A stretch of 62,246 nucleotides of DNA, filler included, from Chiloscyllium plagiosum (GCF_004010195.1; 3 parts of one record of this genome joined end to end with filler, not necessarily neighbours in it); one strand, 5' to 3'; positions 1 to 13,748 are shown, counted from the whole stretch's first letter. A program made the numbers and translations. Notes: generated by a model from the sequence alone, not told the origin.

Positions 1-288
1 CCTCTACTTTTTGTCATTTACATAAATGTTTTGGATACGATCATAAGAGGTACAGTTAGTAAGTTTGCAGATGACACCAAAATTGGAGGTGTAGTGGACA
101 GCAAAGAGGGTTACCTCAGATTACAACAGGATCTGGACCAGATGGGCCAATGGGCTGAGAAGTGGCCGATGGAGTTTAATTCAGATAAATGTGAGGTTCT
201 GCATTTTGGGAAAGCAAGTCTTAGCAGGACTTATACACTTAATGGTAAGGTCCTAGGGAGTGTTGCTGAACAAAGAGACCTTGGAGTG
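1..288 (+). mobile_element. CR1 LINE ORF2 reverse transcriptase fragment
   Basis: Translation SKFADDTKIGGVVDS...LQQDLD..WAEKW.MEFN.DKCEVLHFG...EQRDLGV, the CR1 RT FADD region; truncated at about 289 by an opposite-strand CR1 piece. Confidence 0.9.
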
Positions 289-1737
289 CATCCACATACT
301 GAATCAGAAAGGTGTCTTGTACGCACTTAACAAATTCCTCTCCATCTAAACCTTTTACACTATGGCAGTTCCAGTCGATGTTTGGAAAGTTAAAATCTCC
401 TGCCATAACCACCCTATTATTCTTACAGATAGCTGAGATCTCCTTACAAGTTTGTTTCTCAATTTCCGTCTGACTATTGGGGGGTCTATAATACAATCCC
501 AATAAGGTGATCATCCCTTTCTTATTTCTCAGTTCCACCCAAATAACTTCCCTGTATGTATTTCCGGGAATATCCTCCCTCAGCACAGGTGTAATGCCAC
601 TCCCCCATCTCTCTTGCCACCATTTCTTTCCTTCCTGTAGCATTTGTATCCTGGAACATTAAGCTGCCAGTCCTGCCCATCCCTGAGCCATGTTTCTGTA
701 ATTGCTATGATATCCCAGTCCCATGTTCCTAACCATGCCCTGAGTTCATCTGCCTTCCCCGTTAGGTCCCTTGCAATGAAATAAGTGCAGTTTAATTTAT
801 TAGTCCTACCTTGTCCCTGCCTACCCTGACTGTTTGACTCACTTCTGTTCTCAACTGTACCAGTCTCAGATTGATCTCTTTCCTAACTATCTCCCTGGGT
901 CCCACCGCCTTAATAGTTTAAATCCTCCCGAGCTGTTCTAGCAAATTTCCCTGCCAGTATATTAGTCCCCTTCCAATTTAGGTGCTATCCGTCCTTCTTG
1001 TACAGGTCACTTCTACCCCAAAAGAGATTCCAATGATCCAAAAATGTGAATCCTTCTCCCATACATCAGCTCCTCAGCCATGCATTCATCTGCTCTATCC
1101 TCCTATTCCTGCCCTCACTAGCTCGTAGCACTGGGAATAATCCAGATATTACTACTCGAGGACCTCCTTTTTAAACTTCTGCCTAACTCTCTGTAATCTG
1201 CCTTCAGAATCTCAACCTTTTCCCTTCCTATGGCATTGGTTCCAATGTGGACAATGACCTCTCCCCCATGAGAAAATTCTGCACCCTCTCTGAGACATCC
1301 TTGATCCTGGCACCAGGGAAGTAACACACCATTCTGCTTTTTCTCTGCTGGCCACAGAAACGTCTGTCTGTACCCCAGACTACAGAATCCCCTAACACAA
1401 TTGATCTCTTGGAAGCCGACGTACCCCTCGTTGCATTAGAGCCAGTCTCAATACCAGAAACTTGACTGTTTGTGCTACGTTCTCCTGAGAATCCATCACC
1501 CCCTACATTTTCCAAAACAGCATACCTGTTTGAAATGGGTATATCCACAAAATACTCCTACTCTAGGGGCCTACCTCTCTTACCCTTCCTGAAGTTAACC
1601 TATCTATGTGACTGTATCTGAGACTTCCCCCATTCCTATAACTGCCATCCATCACATACTGTTGCTGTTGCAAATTCCTCATCGCTTCTAAGTGCCTCTC
1701 TAACCGATCCACTCGATCTGATAAGATTCGCATCCCA
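289..1737 (-). mobile_element. CR1 LINE fragment: ORF1 (SGNH esterase type) and start of APE endonuclease, degenerate
   Basis: IVLGDS and VIVHIGTN esterase motifs; IWVELRNKKG..LLGLYYRPPNS and VVMAGDFNFPNIDW endonuclease motifs; homologous to 53547-54600. Confidence 0.88.
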
Positions 1738-1744
1738 TCTGATG

Positions 1745-3725
1745 AATCAGTACTACTTCAGAGCACTTGAAGGAAGCACTGAGGGGGTAAAAAAGTGCAG
1801 AATGTACTTTGGCAGGTTCATCACTAAGAGTGGCTCACTGCTCTACTAATTGAGCTGGTAGAGTCCTACCAACAACATAGCTGCTAACCTGCAGGTGGTG
1901 GTGAGGGAACCTACAAAAGGAAAGAAAAGATACTTGACCTTATCTTCAGCAGCATGCCTGCTGCAGATATATCTGTCCATAATACTGACAAAGGTGATCA
2001 TCACCCACAGTCCTGTGAAGATAAAGACCCAATTTTATTGAAGATACACTACATTGTATTGTGTGGCACTATCACTGTGCTAAATGGGATAAACTTCACA
2101 TGGATCTAGCAACTAAAGACTGGACATTCATGAGGTATTGAGACAATCCGTAATCTCGTATCCCGGCGTTTTTGCCCCAACACTACCAGTACCATCAAAC
2201 CAGGGATCAACCTTAATTCAATGAATAGTGCAGGAAAGCATATCAGGAGCAGCACCAGGCATACCTAAAACTGAGGTGCCAACAGATGAAGCTAAAAACC
2301 AGGATTACCTGTGTGCCAAACTGCATTGACAGCAATTGCAATGAAGGGCTAAGCAATTCCAAACCATCAGGTCGGATCTAAGTTGCACAGTCCTGCCACA
2401 ATCAGTTGTAAATGCTGGTGAACAATTAAACAACACACTGGAGGAGACTGCACAAATATCCTCATCCTCAAATAAATGCAAAATACTGCAGGTGCTGTAA
2501 ATACAAAATAAAAATAAAGGTGCTGGAGAAATTCAGCAGATCTGGCTGCATTTGGAAGATTCATACTGGACTGGAAATGTTAATTCTATTCTGTACTCTA
2601 CATGTCAGCAGACCTGCTGAGTTGTTCCAGCGCTGTTTTTAATTCCCATCCTCAGTGATGCAAGAACCTAGCATACCAGTGCAAAAGATAAAGTGAGAAG
2701 CATTTGCAATAAGCTTCAACAAGAGTTGCAGAGCAAATGATCCATTTCAGCCTCTTCCAAAGGTCCCCAACATCACAGAGGCTAGTCTTCAGCAAATTTA
2801 ATTCACTTCACATAATATCAAGAAATGTTGGAAGCACTGGTTGCTGCAAAGGCTGTGGGTCCTGACAATATTACAGCAAATGTACTGAAGACACATGCCC
2901 CTCACTTGCCTCACCCCATTCCAAACTCTTGCATCAGTGGTACCTATTTAACAATGTGTAAAACTGACTAAAGTTTCCTGTATAGAAAAAAAAGGATAAA
3001 TTTAACACAGCCTATATCAGCCCATCAGTCTACTGTCAAGAGATGGAAAGAGTCATCAACAATGCTGTCAAATAGCAGTTGCTTAGCAACAACCTGCTCA
3101 CTGACATTCCGTTTGGGTTCTGCCAGCAACACATACTTTCTTATCTGGGTCCAAACATTGACAAAAAATCTAAGTTCCAGAGGTGAGGTCAGAGTGACTG
3201 ACCTTGATAACAAGGCCATATTTGACTGTGTTTAGTATCAAGAAGCCCTAGTAAAACTGCAGTCAATGAGAATCTGGAGAATCCTCTGCTAGTTGGATTG
3301 AGAATTGGCAGAAAGTTTAAGTTATTTGTGGCTGTTGGAGGCACTGTTCCTTCTCAGTGGCCTCACAGCCATTTTGAGGTTCTGTGCACCAAAAAGATAA
3401 TTTCAGGGAATACTGTTTGGATATCAGTCTTCTCAGCTGCAGGTGTTCCTCAGTTTGTGTCCTAGGCCCAAACATCTTTAGCTGTTTTATCAATGATCTT
3501 CCCTCCATCATAAGGTCAGAGTGGCGATGTTTGCTGATGATTGCACAATGTTCAGCACCATTCATAACTCCTCATATAATGAAGTATCCCTGTCTAAATA
3601 CAATAAGACCTATAGCAATATAGTATCCATGGCTGGACTGACAAATGCTAAGTAAAATACATGCCACACAAGTGCCAGACAATGGTAATCTCCAATGTGT
3701 GAGAATCTAACCATATTTGTTGACA
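1745..3725 (+). mobile_element. Degenerate CR1/L2-group LINE (second family), endonuclease linker to RT
   Basis: GPDNI-like, GSVLGP-like (gtcctaggcccaaacatctt) and tttgctgatga (FADD) segments; visibly homologous to 41760-43275. Confidence 0.7.
2471..2645. mobile_element. Penelope-type tail-to-tail terminal repeat inserted into a LINE
   Basis: Imperfect inverted arms (gctggagaaattcagcagatctg / cagacctgctgagttgttccagc) flanked by a duplicated catcctca target-like sequence. Confidence 0.6.
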
Positions 3726-3920
3726 TGGGTGACCAAAAGCAAAGTTGATCAGTTAATGGGGATAGAATGCAAGACATACATGCGAGATGCATGACAGGGT
3801 GACATGAGAGAAGCCACGAGGGGAGACAGGAAAGAAACTAGGTGAAGGCGAGAGTTCAGGGCTGGCACAAGGAGCAACATTATGGAGCAGTTGACTTGAT
3901 GGGCAAATGTATGAGTTGGG

Positions 3921-4207
3921 TAGATTAGATTAGATTCTCTACAGTGTGGAAATAGGCCCTTCGGCCCAACAAGTCCACACTGACTCTCCGAAGAGTAACC
4001 CACCCAGACCCATTTCTCTCTGACTAACACTATGGGCAATTTAACATGTCCAATTCACCTGATCTGCACATCTTTGCACTGTGGGAGGAAACCCACACAG
4101 ACACGGGAAGAATATGCAAACTCCACACAGACAGTCGCCCGAGGCTGGAATTGAAACTGGAACCCTGGTGTTGTGAGGCAGCAGTGCAACCACTGAGCCA
4201 CCGTGCC
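3921..4207 (-). mobile_element. HE1-type (V-SINE) shark SINE
   Basis: tRNA-like head (ggcacggtggctcagtggtt...ggttc), V-domain tgtgtggagtttgca...gggtttcct, CR1-like tail ggccgaagggcct and (tctaa)n end. Confidence 0.88.
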
Positions 4208-5175
4208 ATAGCAGAGGCAGCCAATCAGATTGTCTCAATTTTAACAACAAAAAATCTATTAGCTCTCGCATCTGCTGGAGGTACAAGAAATCAGCCATAT
4301 GAGAGTAACGTACAATTCCTGTGAACACTGCTGCACAAAGCAGGGGCCAGAACTCTGGATCCTCAATTTTATTTTTGTTAAAACACAGTTCTGCCGCAAA
4401 ATCTGACCAGCATATTAAGTGTTAAGCTTATACTTCCTTTCAATGCAAATGACTTAAATAGTCATTATAAATTTTCAAAAATAACTTCTGGATATTGGTT
4501 ATCTTTATCTTTTTTCAAAAATTAAATTTGGTGCAGGAATTGGCAACAGTAGCAAACCCACAAAGAATCACTAACTATATTAAGCGATGTCAGAACGGGA
4601 TAGGAAAAGGATAGAAAGAAAATGGACTCCCCTTGCAATAGAAAAAACTTTTCAAACTTTACCTGGTCAAGCCCTCCCAAAATTTTGTATTTTAGAGATC
4701 ACATCTCACTCATGTAAACTTCAGAGTACGAGTCACTGACTCAATTTCTACTCACAAGCCAACTGTCAACCTAGGACTCAATTTAGCCAACTTACATTAC
4801 ATACCATCCAAGGCGAGTATATTCTTCCTTAGATATACAAAGCAAAACTGTACTCACTACTCCAGATGTAATCTCACCAATACTCTTTACAATTGCATCA
4901 AACCTTCCTTACTCTTTTTTTCACCAACTCCCCCCCCACAATAAAAGTCAACATGCCATTTACGTTAATAATTGCTTCCTGTAACTGTATGTGCACAGAC
5001 ATCCAAACTTCTCTTAACACATTTGATAGGTTCGCCTTATTTTCAAAAAAAATTCAATTTTTCTTTCAAACTGAATAGCCTCCAAATCTCCACAATATAT
5101 TCCATTTGCTAGAGTCAATGAACAGTACTGATACCATCGGTTCTATTTTTAAAAATATATTATCATTGAAAAATA

Positions 5176-8100
5176 GTTTTTTTAATATTACAACAAATAC
5201 AAAACAATACAATTCAAACCAATACAAAGAAAGAATACCAAAAATTGTAAACAGCCCAAACCGCTCTCATGTACAAATGTATATGTGTAAAAATTTACAT
5301 TTAAAAACTGTTTAACTAAATAAATGATAACTAAGAACAAACTAATAAATAATTAAAATACAGCTCAGCAAAACAAAACACTAACTCTCGAATATTTGTA
5401 TGTTCGCAGTTGCCCCTCTCTAGATATTGGACTCATAAAACACAATCATTACGCCAAATAAAAGCCCTTATTAGTGTGGCAGGCAATTCTGTGTCCAGGT
5501 ATTCCAAAAAGGGCTGCCATGTCTTATAGAAATTTTCAGTTTTATGGTGTACCATGCTTGTAAGAAAACCCAAGAGGATATGCTCCATAACAACTTTATG
5601 GCAACCTAATAGGCCGGGGTATTTTCAGACACCCAACCTAACAAGATAGTCTTTCTTGCGCAGAAAGTAAGGATGTTGAAAAGATTTTTCTTATGCGCAT
5701 CTACAGGTAATACACTGGGCAGGTCAAGGATAAGAGAGATTGGTCATTCTCCACCCTTACACACAAAATCCCCTCCTTTGCACCCACCACAGCGCTCCAG
5801 TATGTTTGAAGTCTACCACAGGACCAGAGACAATGGGTAAGAGTGCCTGTATCAACCTTGCACTTGGGGCATGTTGAAGATACCCCTGGTTTAAATTTTG
5901 ACAAACGATCCAGAGCCAAGTGGACCCTATGAAGAATCTTCAACTGTAAAGCATGGGCCATTTTGCAAATTGATATCTTCCTTGCATTTTCCCAAACATC
6001 TTCCCATGTCCCTGAGGAGACCGCAATGCCTAGTTATCTCTCCCACACCCTGCAAAGTTGATCAAACTCATCTGAGGGGCTGCTCCTCAATCGATGATAT
6101 AAAGTGCTGACAGAAAGTGTACTCTTAGCACTTAGCCCCCTCCTCTCTATTTCGGATTTGTAGGGATCAATCAAAAGTGTTGTCTTTGTTTGAATAAAAT
6201 CTCTAACTTGAAAAAAATCAAAAGAGGTCCCTGCTAGATAGCTCGAATTCTGTGCTAACTGATCAAAAGACATCATTGTGTCTCCCTCAAATAAATCAAC
6301 CAAGACACACCCCTAGCTGCCCAATGTTTGAATCCTGAATCCATTATCCCATTTGAAAACCTGGCATACCCACTATTGGTATAAGAAAAGATATTTTGCC
6401 AATATTGCCTTCCCTGTGGTGAATTTCCTTTCATGCCTTAACAAGTACTGATAAAAACTATTGGTTTATGGCAATATTCCTTAACTGTCCTCATTCTGTC
6501 CAAAAACAGCAAGCTAGCAAGGAGCACTTAGCCAGAGAGGTTCTGATATCTAACGATATTGAAAAAGCATCCCCACAAGCCCAATCACTCACTTAAGATA
6601 AAAGTGAGCTTAGTTGATATTTTTTAATGTCTGGGTGATGCATTCTGCTCCCCCGCCCCCAGCCTGCGAGGCAATTGCAATTTAGCTAATTTAATAAGGG
6701 GCCGCTTACGATGCCAAATAAAAGAACTGAACCAGCTGTTCGGTGTCCTGAACGTTTATTTATCGAAAATCAGGGGGAGCATCCATATAGGATACAACAA
6801 ACAGGGAGAATATTCATCTTAATCAGAGCTATCTGACCTAACCATGAGACCGAAAGTGCCTCGTATCTTTGAAGGTCTTGTTTGATTTTGTTGAAAAATT
6901 AAACAAAATTAGCTTTAAACAGCCGATCCAGAATTGGAGTGATGAATATGCCCAAATACATAAAATCCCGCTGTGACCACTTAAATGGGAATCACGATTC
7001 GCCCTTATGAGTCTAGCACCTTCATAAGACCACCTACAGGTATAGCCTCTGATTTTGCAAAATTAATCTTGTATCCCGAAATGTTGCCAAACGCACTGAT
7101 GCATTGTATCAGGTAAGATACTGAAACTGCTGGATTGACAAAAAAATGAGGACATCTTCCGCGTACAACAAAATATTATAACCTCACTTTTGGAGCCAAT
7201 ATATTGGGATCCCTACGAATGCCTCCGCCAATGGTTCAATCACCAATGTAAAAAACAATGGCAAAAGGGGACAGCTCTTCTGGCTGCCCCTAAAAATGCT
7301 AAAATTGCTTGATCGTACCCAATTGGTGATGACCGCTGTGACAGGGTCACTATAGAGAACCTCTAGCCATCTTATAACAACTTTGCCCAATCCAAACCAC
7401 TCTAGAGTATAAAAAAAGTACAGCCACTCAACTCGGTCAAATGCCTTCTCTGCATCTAGAGAAATCACCAATTCCTGTATTGACTGTTGTTGACACACTT
7501 TAATTACATTAAGCAGCCTCCTAATATTATTGGAGGATCTGTGGCCATTTATGAAGCCTGTCTGGTCCTCTTTAACAAAAGAAGGTAACACGGTCTCCGG
7601 CCTTAACGCAAGGGACTTGGGGAGGATTTTAAAGTCAACATTAAAGTCTGCATGGGTTTCCTCCGGGTGCTCCGGTTTCCTCCCACAATCCAAAGATGTG
7701 CAGGTCAGGTGAATTGGCCATGCTAAATTGCCTGTAGTGTTAGGTAATGGGTAAATGTAGGGGTATGGGTGGGTTGCGTTTCGGCAGGTCTTGTGTGGAC
7801 TTGTTGGGCTGAAGGGCCTGTTTCCACACTGTAATGTAATCTAATCTAATTTAAGAGTGAAATGGGCCTGTAAGAAGCACAGTCCTTCAGGACCTTCCCT
7901 TTTATAAGAATAAGCGAAATATTGGCCTCTCAGAGATGGCAGGAGATGATCATGACTGTACGAGTCATTGGACATGTTGTGCATTGGGCCTGACAATATG
8001 CTTATAAATTCCTTATAGAATTCACTGGGAAGTTCATCAGGACCGGATGCCTTTTCATTCTGAAGCTGCTTCACAGACTCCTGCACCTCATGCTCTGATA

Positions 8101-11070
8101 AGGGGACACCGAGAAAAAACTCTTGTTCGGGGGTTAGACCCGGGAGTTCCAGATCCTTGAAAAAGGACTCCATTCTTGGCCCAACCCTCCTCACAACCCT
8201 CTGATTGGTATAATTCAGAGTAAAATCTCTGGAATGCTGTGTTAATCAAGTTGGGATCACATTAGGTTCCCAGACCCTTCCTTAATCAACGTAATGGCTT
8301 GAGGGGCACTCCTTTTTCTAGCGAGACATACTAGGTACTTTCCCGGCTTGTCACCATGCTCATATAACCTTTGTTTTGCGAAAATAAGCTTCTTCTTTGC
8401 TGTCTGCGTGAACACAGATTTCAATGCAGGCCACAGCACCAGAATCCTCTTAGCTTGGCCATTGAGGGCCTGTCAAAGTAAGCTTTCTCAGCTGCCTTCA
8501 ACTGTGCTTCAAGGAGATGTTGCTGCTTGCCCTTCTGCCCCTACCTACAGGCAGAGTAGGAAATAACTAACCCCCGGCATAGGCTTTGGCAGTTTCCCAA
8601 AGGACAGACAGGCTATTGACTGAGCCTGAATTAATGTCTAGGAATTCCTTAGAAAGTACTCCACAAACTTATTATCCTTAAGGAGAAAGGGATCCAATCG
8701 CCAGTGCCTCCGGCCCACTATAGCGTCCTTAATCTTAACCAACAGGTACACTGGAGCATGATTGGAGAGGGTAATATTATCAATTGCACAAGTTGCCACC
8801 AAGTCCAAAGTTGCCACAGGCGTCTGAAAAAAAATCAGTCCTGGTGTGACATCTGTGCAGATTAGAAAAAAACAAAGTCCCCGCCTGTAGGGTGGAGACG
8901 CCTCCAGACGTCCACCAACCCTAACTCCACACACAGATCCACTAATTGTTTAGTTTGTATAGAGGGTATCGGGGGGCCTTTGGACAACCTGTGTATTGTG
9001 GGATCCATAAGACAATTAAAATCTCCCCCTATAATGATCTGCCGGGACTCAGGACTGATCAATTTAGAGAATGCATCGACCAGAAATTTGAGGGGATGGG
9101 CTGGAGGGCAATAAACATTTAAAACATCATATTCTTCTCTGTTTATCAGGGTTTTGAGGATTACAACCTCCCCTGTGTGTCTTTAACATACTCTAGTAAC
9201 CTAAATGGGACATTACTCCTAACCAATATAGTCAATCCCCTTTTTCTAGTATTAAAAGATGGAAAGTAAACCCGATCAAAGCCAATCTGCTGTAGTTTCA
9301 AATGCTCCCTATCATCTAAGTGTGTCTCCTGTAGTAAAGCAATATCCACCTTTTCCTTTCTAAGACTCGAGAATACCTTTTTCCTCTTAATTAGTCCCCT
9401 TGATGTTCCAAGTACACCATTTAATCAAATCATTAGCCATAACCTTCTGCAGTAACATTTAGTTTCCAGAGAGGAAGAACTCGAATTACAAATTGCTGAG
9501 TCTTAGTTTTGCAAGACCCATCGAACATAAAAACTACATAAACTAAAAAGTCTACAGTAAACAAACCTACAAAGCTATCAAAGATTATATACAGGAAAAA
9601 CCAAAAACAAACCAACATATACAAGTGCGCTGAATAGGGGAACTCACCCCCTGCCTAAAGGGGGCATCTACACATTCCAAAACCCAATTTCCCATCCCGC
9701 TGCTAAGACTGCAGCCAGGGCATTTAAATACCTGAACCAGGCATAAACTTCCCGTAAGTAGGCATCTAGCCATCCCAACCATTTTCCCTCCTCCTAACTA
9801 GAGTTGCACTGAAACACAAGCAGAAAAGAAAGAAAATACACCATGAAATGACAATATAAAAAAGAAATTTTGAGAAAAAATGGGAAGAATCCCACCCATC
9901 CTTTGGCATAACTTAACTTAGAAATTGAAAGTCCACATCCCAACCATCCCCGAGCATAGTTTAGACCAGATTGTTACCAATAAAAAAAAGGAAAAGAAAG
10001 CCCCGACCAGACTTCCTTTTTTTTTAAAGAAAAGTAGAGATATACCCAAACAACACTATTATTTGTACATACTCAATTGTTCAGATTAAGCTAATTTGTC
10101 CACAAAGTCTCTTGCTTTCTCCAATGTGTCAAAGAGATGTACAGATCCATCTAAAGTGAATCGTGGCACCGCGGAATACCTCAGAGAATACTGAATCCCA
10201 AGTTCCCACAGTCTTGACGCTGCCATAGGATTTTCTTTTCTGGATCACCGATGTTGAGAAGTCCTGGAAGAACATGATCTTAGAGACCTTGCAAACTTCG
10301 GATCCTTCCCCTGGATTCTGGAAGTTTCCATAATTCTGTCCTTACCTCTATAGTGATGAAACCGTACCAAGATAGGACAAGGACGTTGGTCCAGACCTGA
10401 CCTCTGCGCCGGGACCGGTGAGCCCTCTCAATCTTCAAGCTTGCCATTCCAGCCGCCAAGTTAAGGAATTTCAGCAACCAGTCCTCAATACATTCCAACG
10501 GCCGCTCACCTTCCTTACCCTCCGGTAGACTTGACGATCTAAATTTTTTTTCTCCTGTTCCTGTTCTCGAGGTCATCAACCTGGTCAAGCAAATTACAGA
10601 CCTTCGTCTCTAGAGCCTGGATCCTATCCTTGCAGGAACTCGTATCAGCTTCCACCATTGTAACTCTGTGTTCTACTTTAGCCATCCTTTTCTCCAGGTC
10701 TCCCAGCTGCTCTTCGTGCTTCTGCAGCTTGATAGAGATCGTGGCCAGCTTCTCCTCTATCGGCTTGCCCAACATCTCATGAGATTTTGTGAGCTCCTTC
10801 ACCAGACCCGGTAGGAAATCGAGTATGAGGAGCCGCAGGCCCAGCCTCGTATGTACCTCCTCCCTTCTTCGGCATCCCTGGATGGCAAAAGCCAAGGTAA
10901 GTTGCTCTCTGACAGTTTCCTGAGACTCCACAACCTTTCTCGAGTCTTAGGATATCGTGATGGCCCGGGTAGGGCAGGTTAGGACTTTGCCCCGCTTATG
11001 ATGCGGTGCGGAGCTCTGCAACACAATCTTCCTAGATTGTCGCCAGCTTGAGACCGCCCCGCCCCACATC
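5176..11070 (-). mobile_element. Near-full-length fish-type L1 LINE (ORF1 + ORF2), frameshifted
   Basis: ORF1 coiled coil plus ENRNRR motif (10539-10931); endonuclease DIALLQETHL, GGDFN, LSNHAPV; RT ISLDAEKAFDRVEW, RG..Q.CPL, LLYAED; CCHC CPKC..DTGTLTHCLWSC; poly(A) tail at about 5176. Confidence 0.9.
7646..7850 (+). mobile_element. 5'-truncated HE1 SINE inserted in the L1 RT region
   Basis: gggtttcctccgggtgctccggtttcctcccaca core and (taatc)n tail; splits the L1 PISLLN/VDFKIL motif. Confidence 0.88.
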
Positions 11071-11327
11071 CCCAGGGTGTAGTTTATCAGCATGCGATAT
11101 AGTGGCAAAGTTGTAACAGCAAATTCAGAGCATTGGTGCAAAATCCTCCACAGTTAAAGTCCTCCATTGGTGAGATTACTATTACAGTTTACATTAGAAT
11201 AAAAGAACACACAGGGGAAAAGGTTTCTGCAGTGCATGCAATAAAATTTTATTGATTAGTATCTTTACAACCCAACAATGAAGGAGGCTTGGATTCTGGA
11301 GAACAAGGTGTGTCAATTGAAACAAGT

Positions 11328-11676
11328 AGGAGAAAGTGAGGATTGCAGATGCTGGAGATCAGAGTCGAGAGTGGGGTGCTGAAAAGGCACAACACATCAG
11401 ACAGCATCCGAGCAGGAGAATTGACATTTCAGGCAAGAGCCTTATCCTTAAAGGATAAAGGATCCAACCGTCAGTGCCTCTGGCCCACGACAGCATCCTT
11501 AATTAGGGGAAATTAGGAAACTGGATTTCACCAGTTTCATACTCTCAGCTACCTTCCCCCCCNNNNCCCTCAGCCCACTGCCTCATTCCTGATGAAGGGC
11601 TCTTGCCGAAACGCCAATTCTCCTGCTCCTCCGATGATACCTGACTTGTTGTGCTTCTCCAGCACCCCACTCTTGA
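11328..11676. mobile_element. Penelope inverted-terminus insertion with 14-bp target-site duplication
   Basis: Exact direct repeat caattgaaacaagt at 11314-11327 and 11677-11690; inverted Penelope terminal arms; hammerhead-like core at 11589. Confidence 0.8.
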
Positions 11677-11871
11677 CAATTGAAACAAGTGTCAACAGGT
11701 GGACATTTAGGAGATAGTGATGGTAATGTTGTAATACTTAGGTTGGCTTGGAAAAGGACAAACAGCAGTCTAGTGTAAAAGTTTAAGTTGGAGAAGAGCC
11801 ACTTTTCAAAAGAGAAAGATCAGATGTGTCAAAGGTAAATGGAAATTTAAGATTGGAACTGCCTTTGAATG

Positions 11872-12110
11872 AAACTTCTTCACCTAGAGAGTGGTGGGTG
11901 TATGGAATGCTCTGCCCCAGAAGGCTGTGGAGGCCAAGTCTCTGGATACTTTCAAGGGAGTTGGATAGAGCTCTTAAGGATAGTGGAATCAAGGGTTATG
12001 GGGATAAGGCAGAACAGGATACTGATTGAGGATGTTCAGCCATGATCATAATGAATGGTGGTGCTGGCTCGAAGGGCAGAATGGCCGACTCCTGCACCTA
12101 TTGTCTATTG
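11872..12110 (+). mobile_element. CR1 3' end fragment
   Basis: FT.RVV.VWN.LP-type ORF2 C-terminus followed by a 3' UTR ending ggctcgaagggcagaatggccgactcctgc. Confidence 0.8.
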
Positions 12111-13025
12111 ATATTTAGTTACATTCCCATGAAGGCAAAACAACCAAAGGCAGAACTCCCTGGCTGAAGAAACAAATGGAGTTTAAGATAATAAATAAAG
12201 AGATTGTCTTTCATGTACGTCAGGTTGGCAATACAAATGCAAACCCAGCTGAATATGGATTGTTGGATTTCCACAGATTATGTGGAAAGGCTATCAAATA
12301 TAAAATGGAATCCAAGTCTTCTTGCAGGTATTTAAGTAGTGAATGGATTGTAAGAGCAAGAGTGGGACCAGAGGGAAGATTTGTGCATGGAAGCAGAGGG
12401 CATGGCTAAGGTACTAAATGAGTGATTTGCATGATTATCAAAGATGCTGCTGCCAGAGTGATGGATAATAACAGACCTTATTTTTAAGATGGAGAAAAAT
12501 TTTTCATTTTCTCAAAGGGTTGTTAGTCTGTGGAAATTACTTCACCAGAAAGCAGTATCTTTCTTCATCTAGTAAATAAACAACACAAAGAAAGATAGTG
12601 ATCTCAGGTTCCCTACAGGTGAGAGAGGTTTAAATCATCCCTGTTTAGAGTCACATGACAAATTTTCAAGAGTGCAAAGTATAAGTTGCTGGTAAATTTG
12701 TGGTCATATTGTGGCCCAGTCACCATAATGGACAATCAGAAAAAAAGATACAGCATTTTTCATTTTCTCACAACCATCTACCTCATTACAGAGGAAACAC
12801 TTTAGGACAGTCCATTCAGTTTGCAGAGTTTCTGTATTTACTGGTAGGCGGCCAGTCACCCCCATTCCACAAGGGTTAAGAAGTCAATGATAGACGAACA
12901 TATGATACCGTAGAACACACTGAATTTGAGCTCAAACCTTTTGCTTGGGCAGTCAGGCAGAACTCTCAAGTTTACAACTTTAATATTATGGGACAGAGTG
13001 ACTGGTGAAATTGAGAAACTATGGG

Positions 13026-13350
13026 AGATTAGAATTTTTTTTTTTAAGATTAGCTTTCCTACAGTATGAAAACAGGCCCTTCAGCCCAACAAGTCCACAC
13101 CGACCCTCCGAAAAGTAACCCACCCGGCCCCATTCCCCTACCCTATACTTACCATGGATTATGGACAATTTAGCATGGCCAATCCACCTAACCTGCACAT
13201 TTTTGGACTGTAGGAGGAAACTGGAGCACCCAGAGGAAACCCACACAGACACAGGGTGTGTGTGCAAACTCCACACAGATGGTCGCCCAAGGCAGGAATT
13301 GAAACAGGTCACTGGCACTATGAGGCAGCAGTGCTAGCTACTGTGCCACC
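13026..13350 (-). mobile_element. HE1 SINE
   Basis: Same head, V-domain and tail as 3921-4207. Confidence 0.88.
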
Positions 13351-13429
13351 CAAGTTTACAAATTTCAAGATATTTCATAATCAAAACAACAAGGCATAAA
13401 TGAGTTGTTAATTGTATCCCTGTTGTCAT

Positions 13430-13435
13430 TTTATT
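13430..13435 (-). terminator. Candidate DBI polyadenylation signal AATAAA
   Basis: tttatt on + strand, about 240 nt past the DBI stop; an ATTAAA alternative lies at 13518-13523. Confidence 0.4.
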
Positions 13436-13671
13436 TTTCTTAAGAGGTTTACAGAAAAGCCAGTATTGAATTCACTGATATGATTAAACATTAATAAGTG
13501 ATACAAATTACCATACTTTTAATAGAAAAATCACAAAAGTTACTACCATTAAGGCAGTTGGTTACATTAAATATTATCTCCTCTATATTTATCATGAGGA
13601 AACAAATTAGTCAGTGCATTTTTCTACAACTGCAGTCTAAAGCTCAAAGCTTTTTTTAAAAAAGTTACATT

Positions 13672-13748
13672 TTAATTCATTCCATACTTTTCCTTCAGCT
13701 CTTGAACTTTTGAGATGTACATTGCCATTGCTTCTTCTTTAGTTGTTC
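13672..13748 (-). CDS. DBI: Acyl-CoA-binding protein / diazepam-binding inhibitor, last coding exon
   Basis: Acceptor taattag; encodes (G)TTKEEAMAMYISKVQELKEKYGMN-stop, matching the ACBP C-terminal helix; phase consistent with exon 3. Confidence 0.95.
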
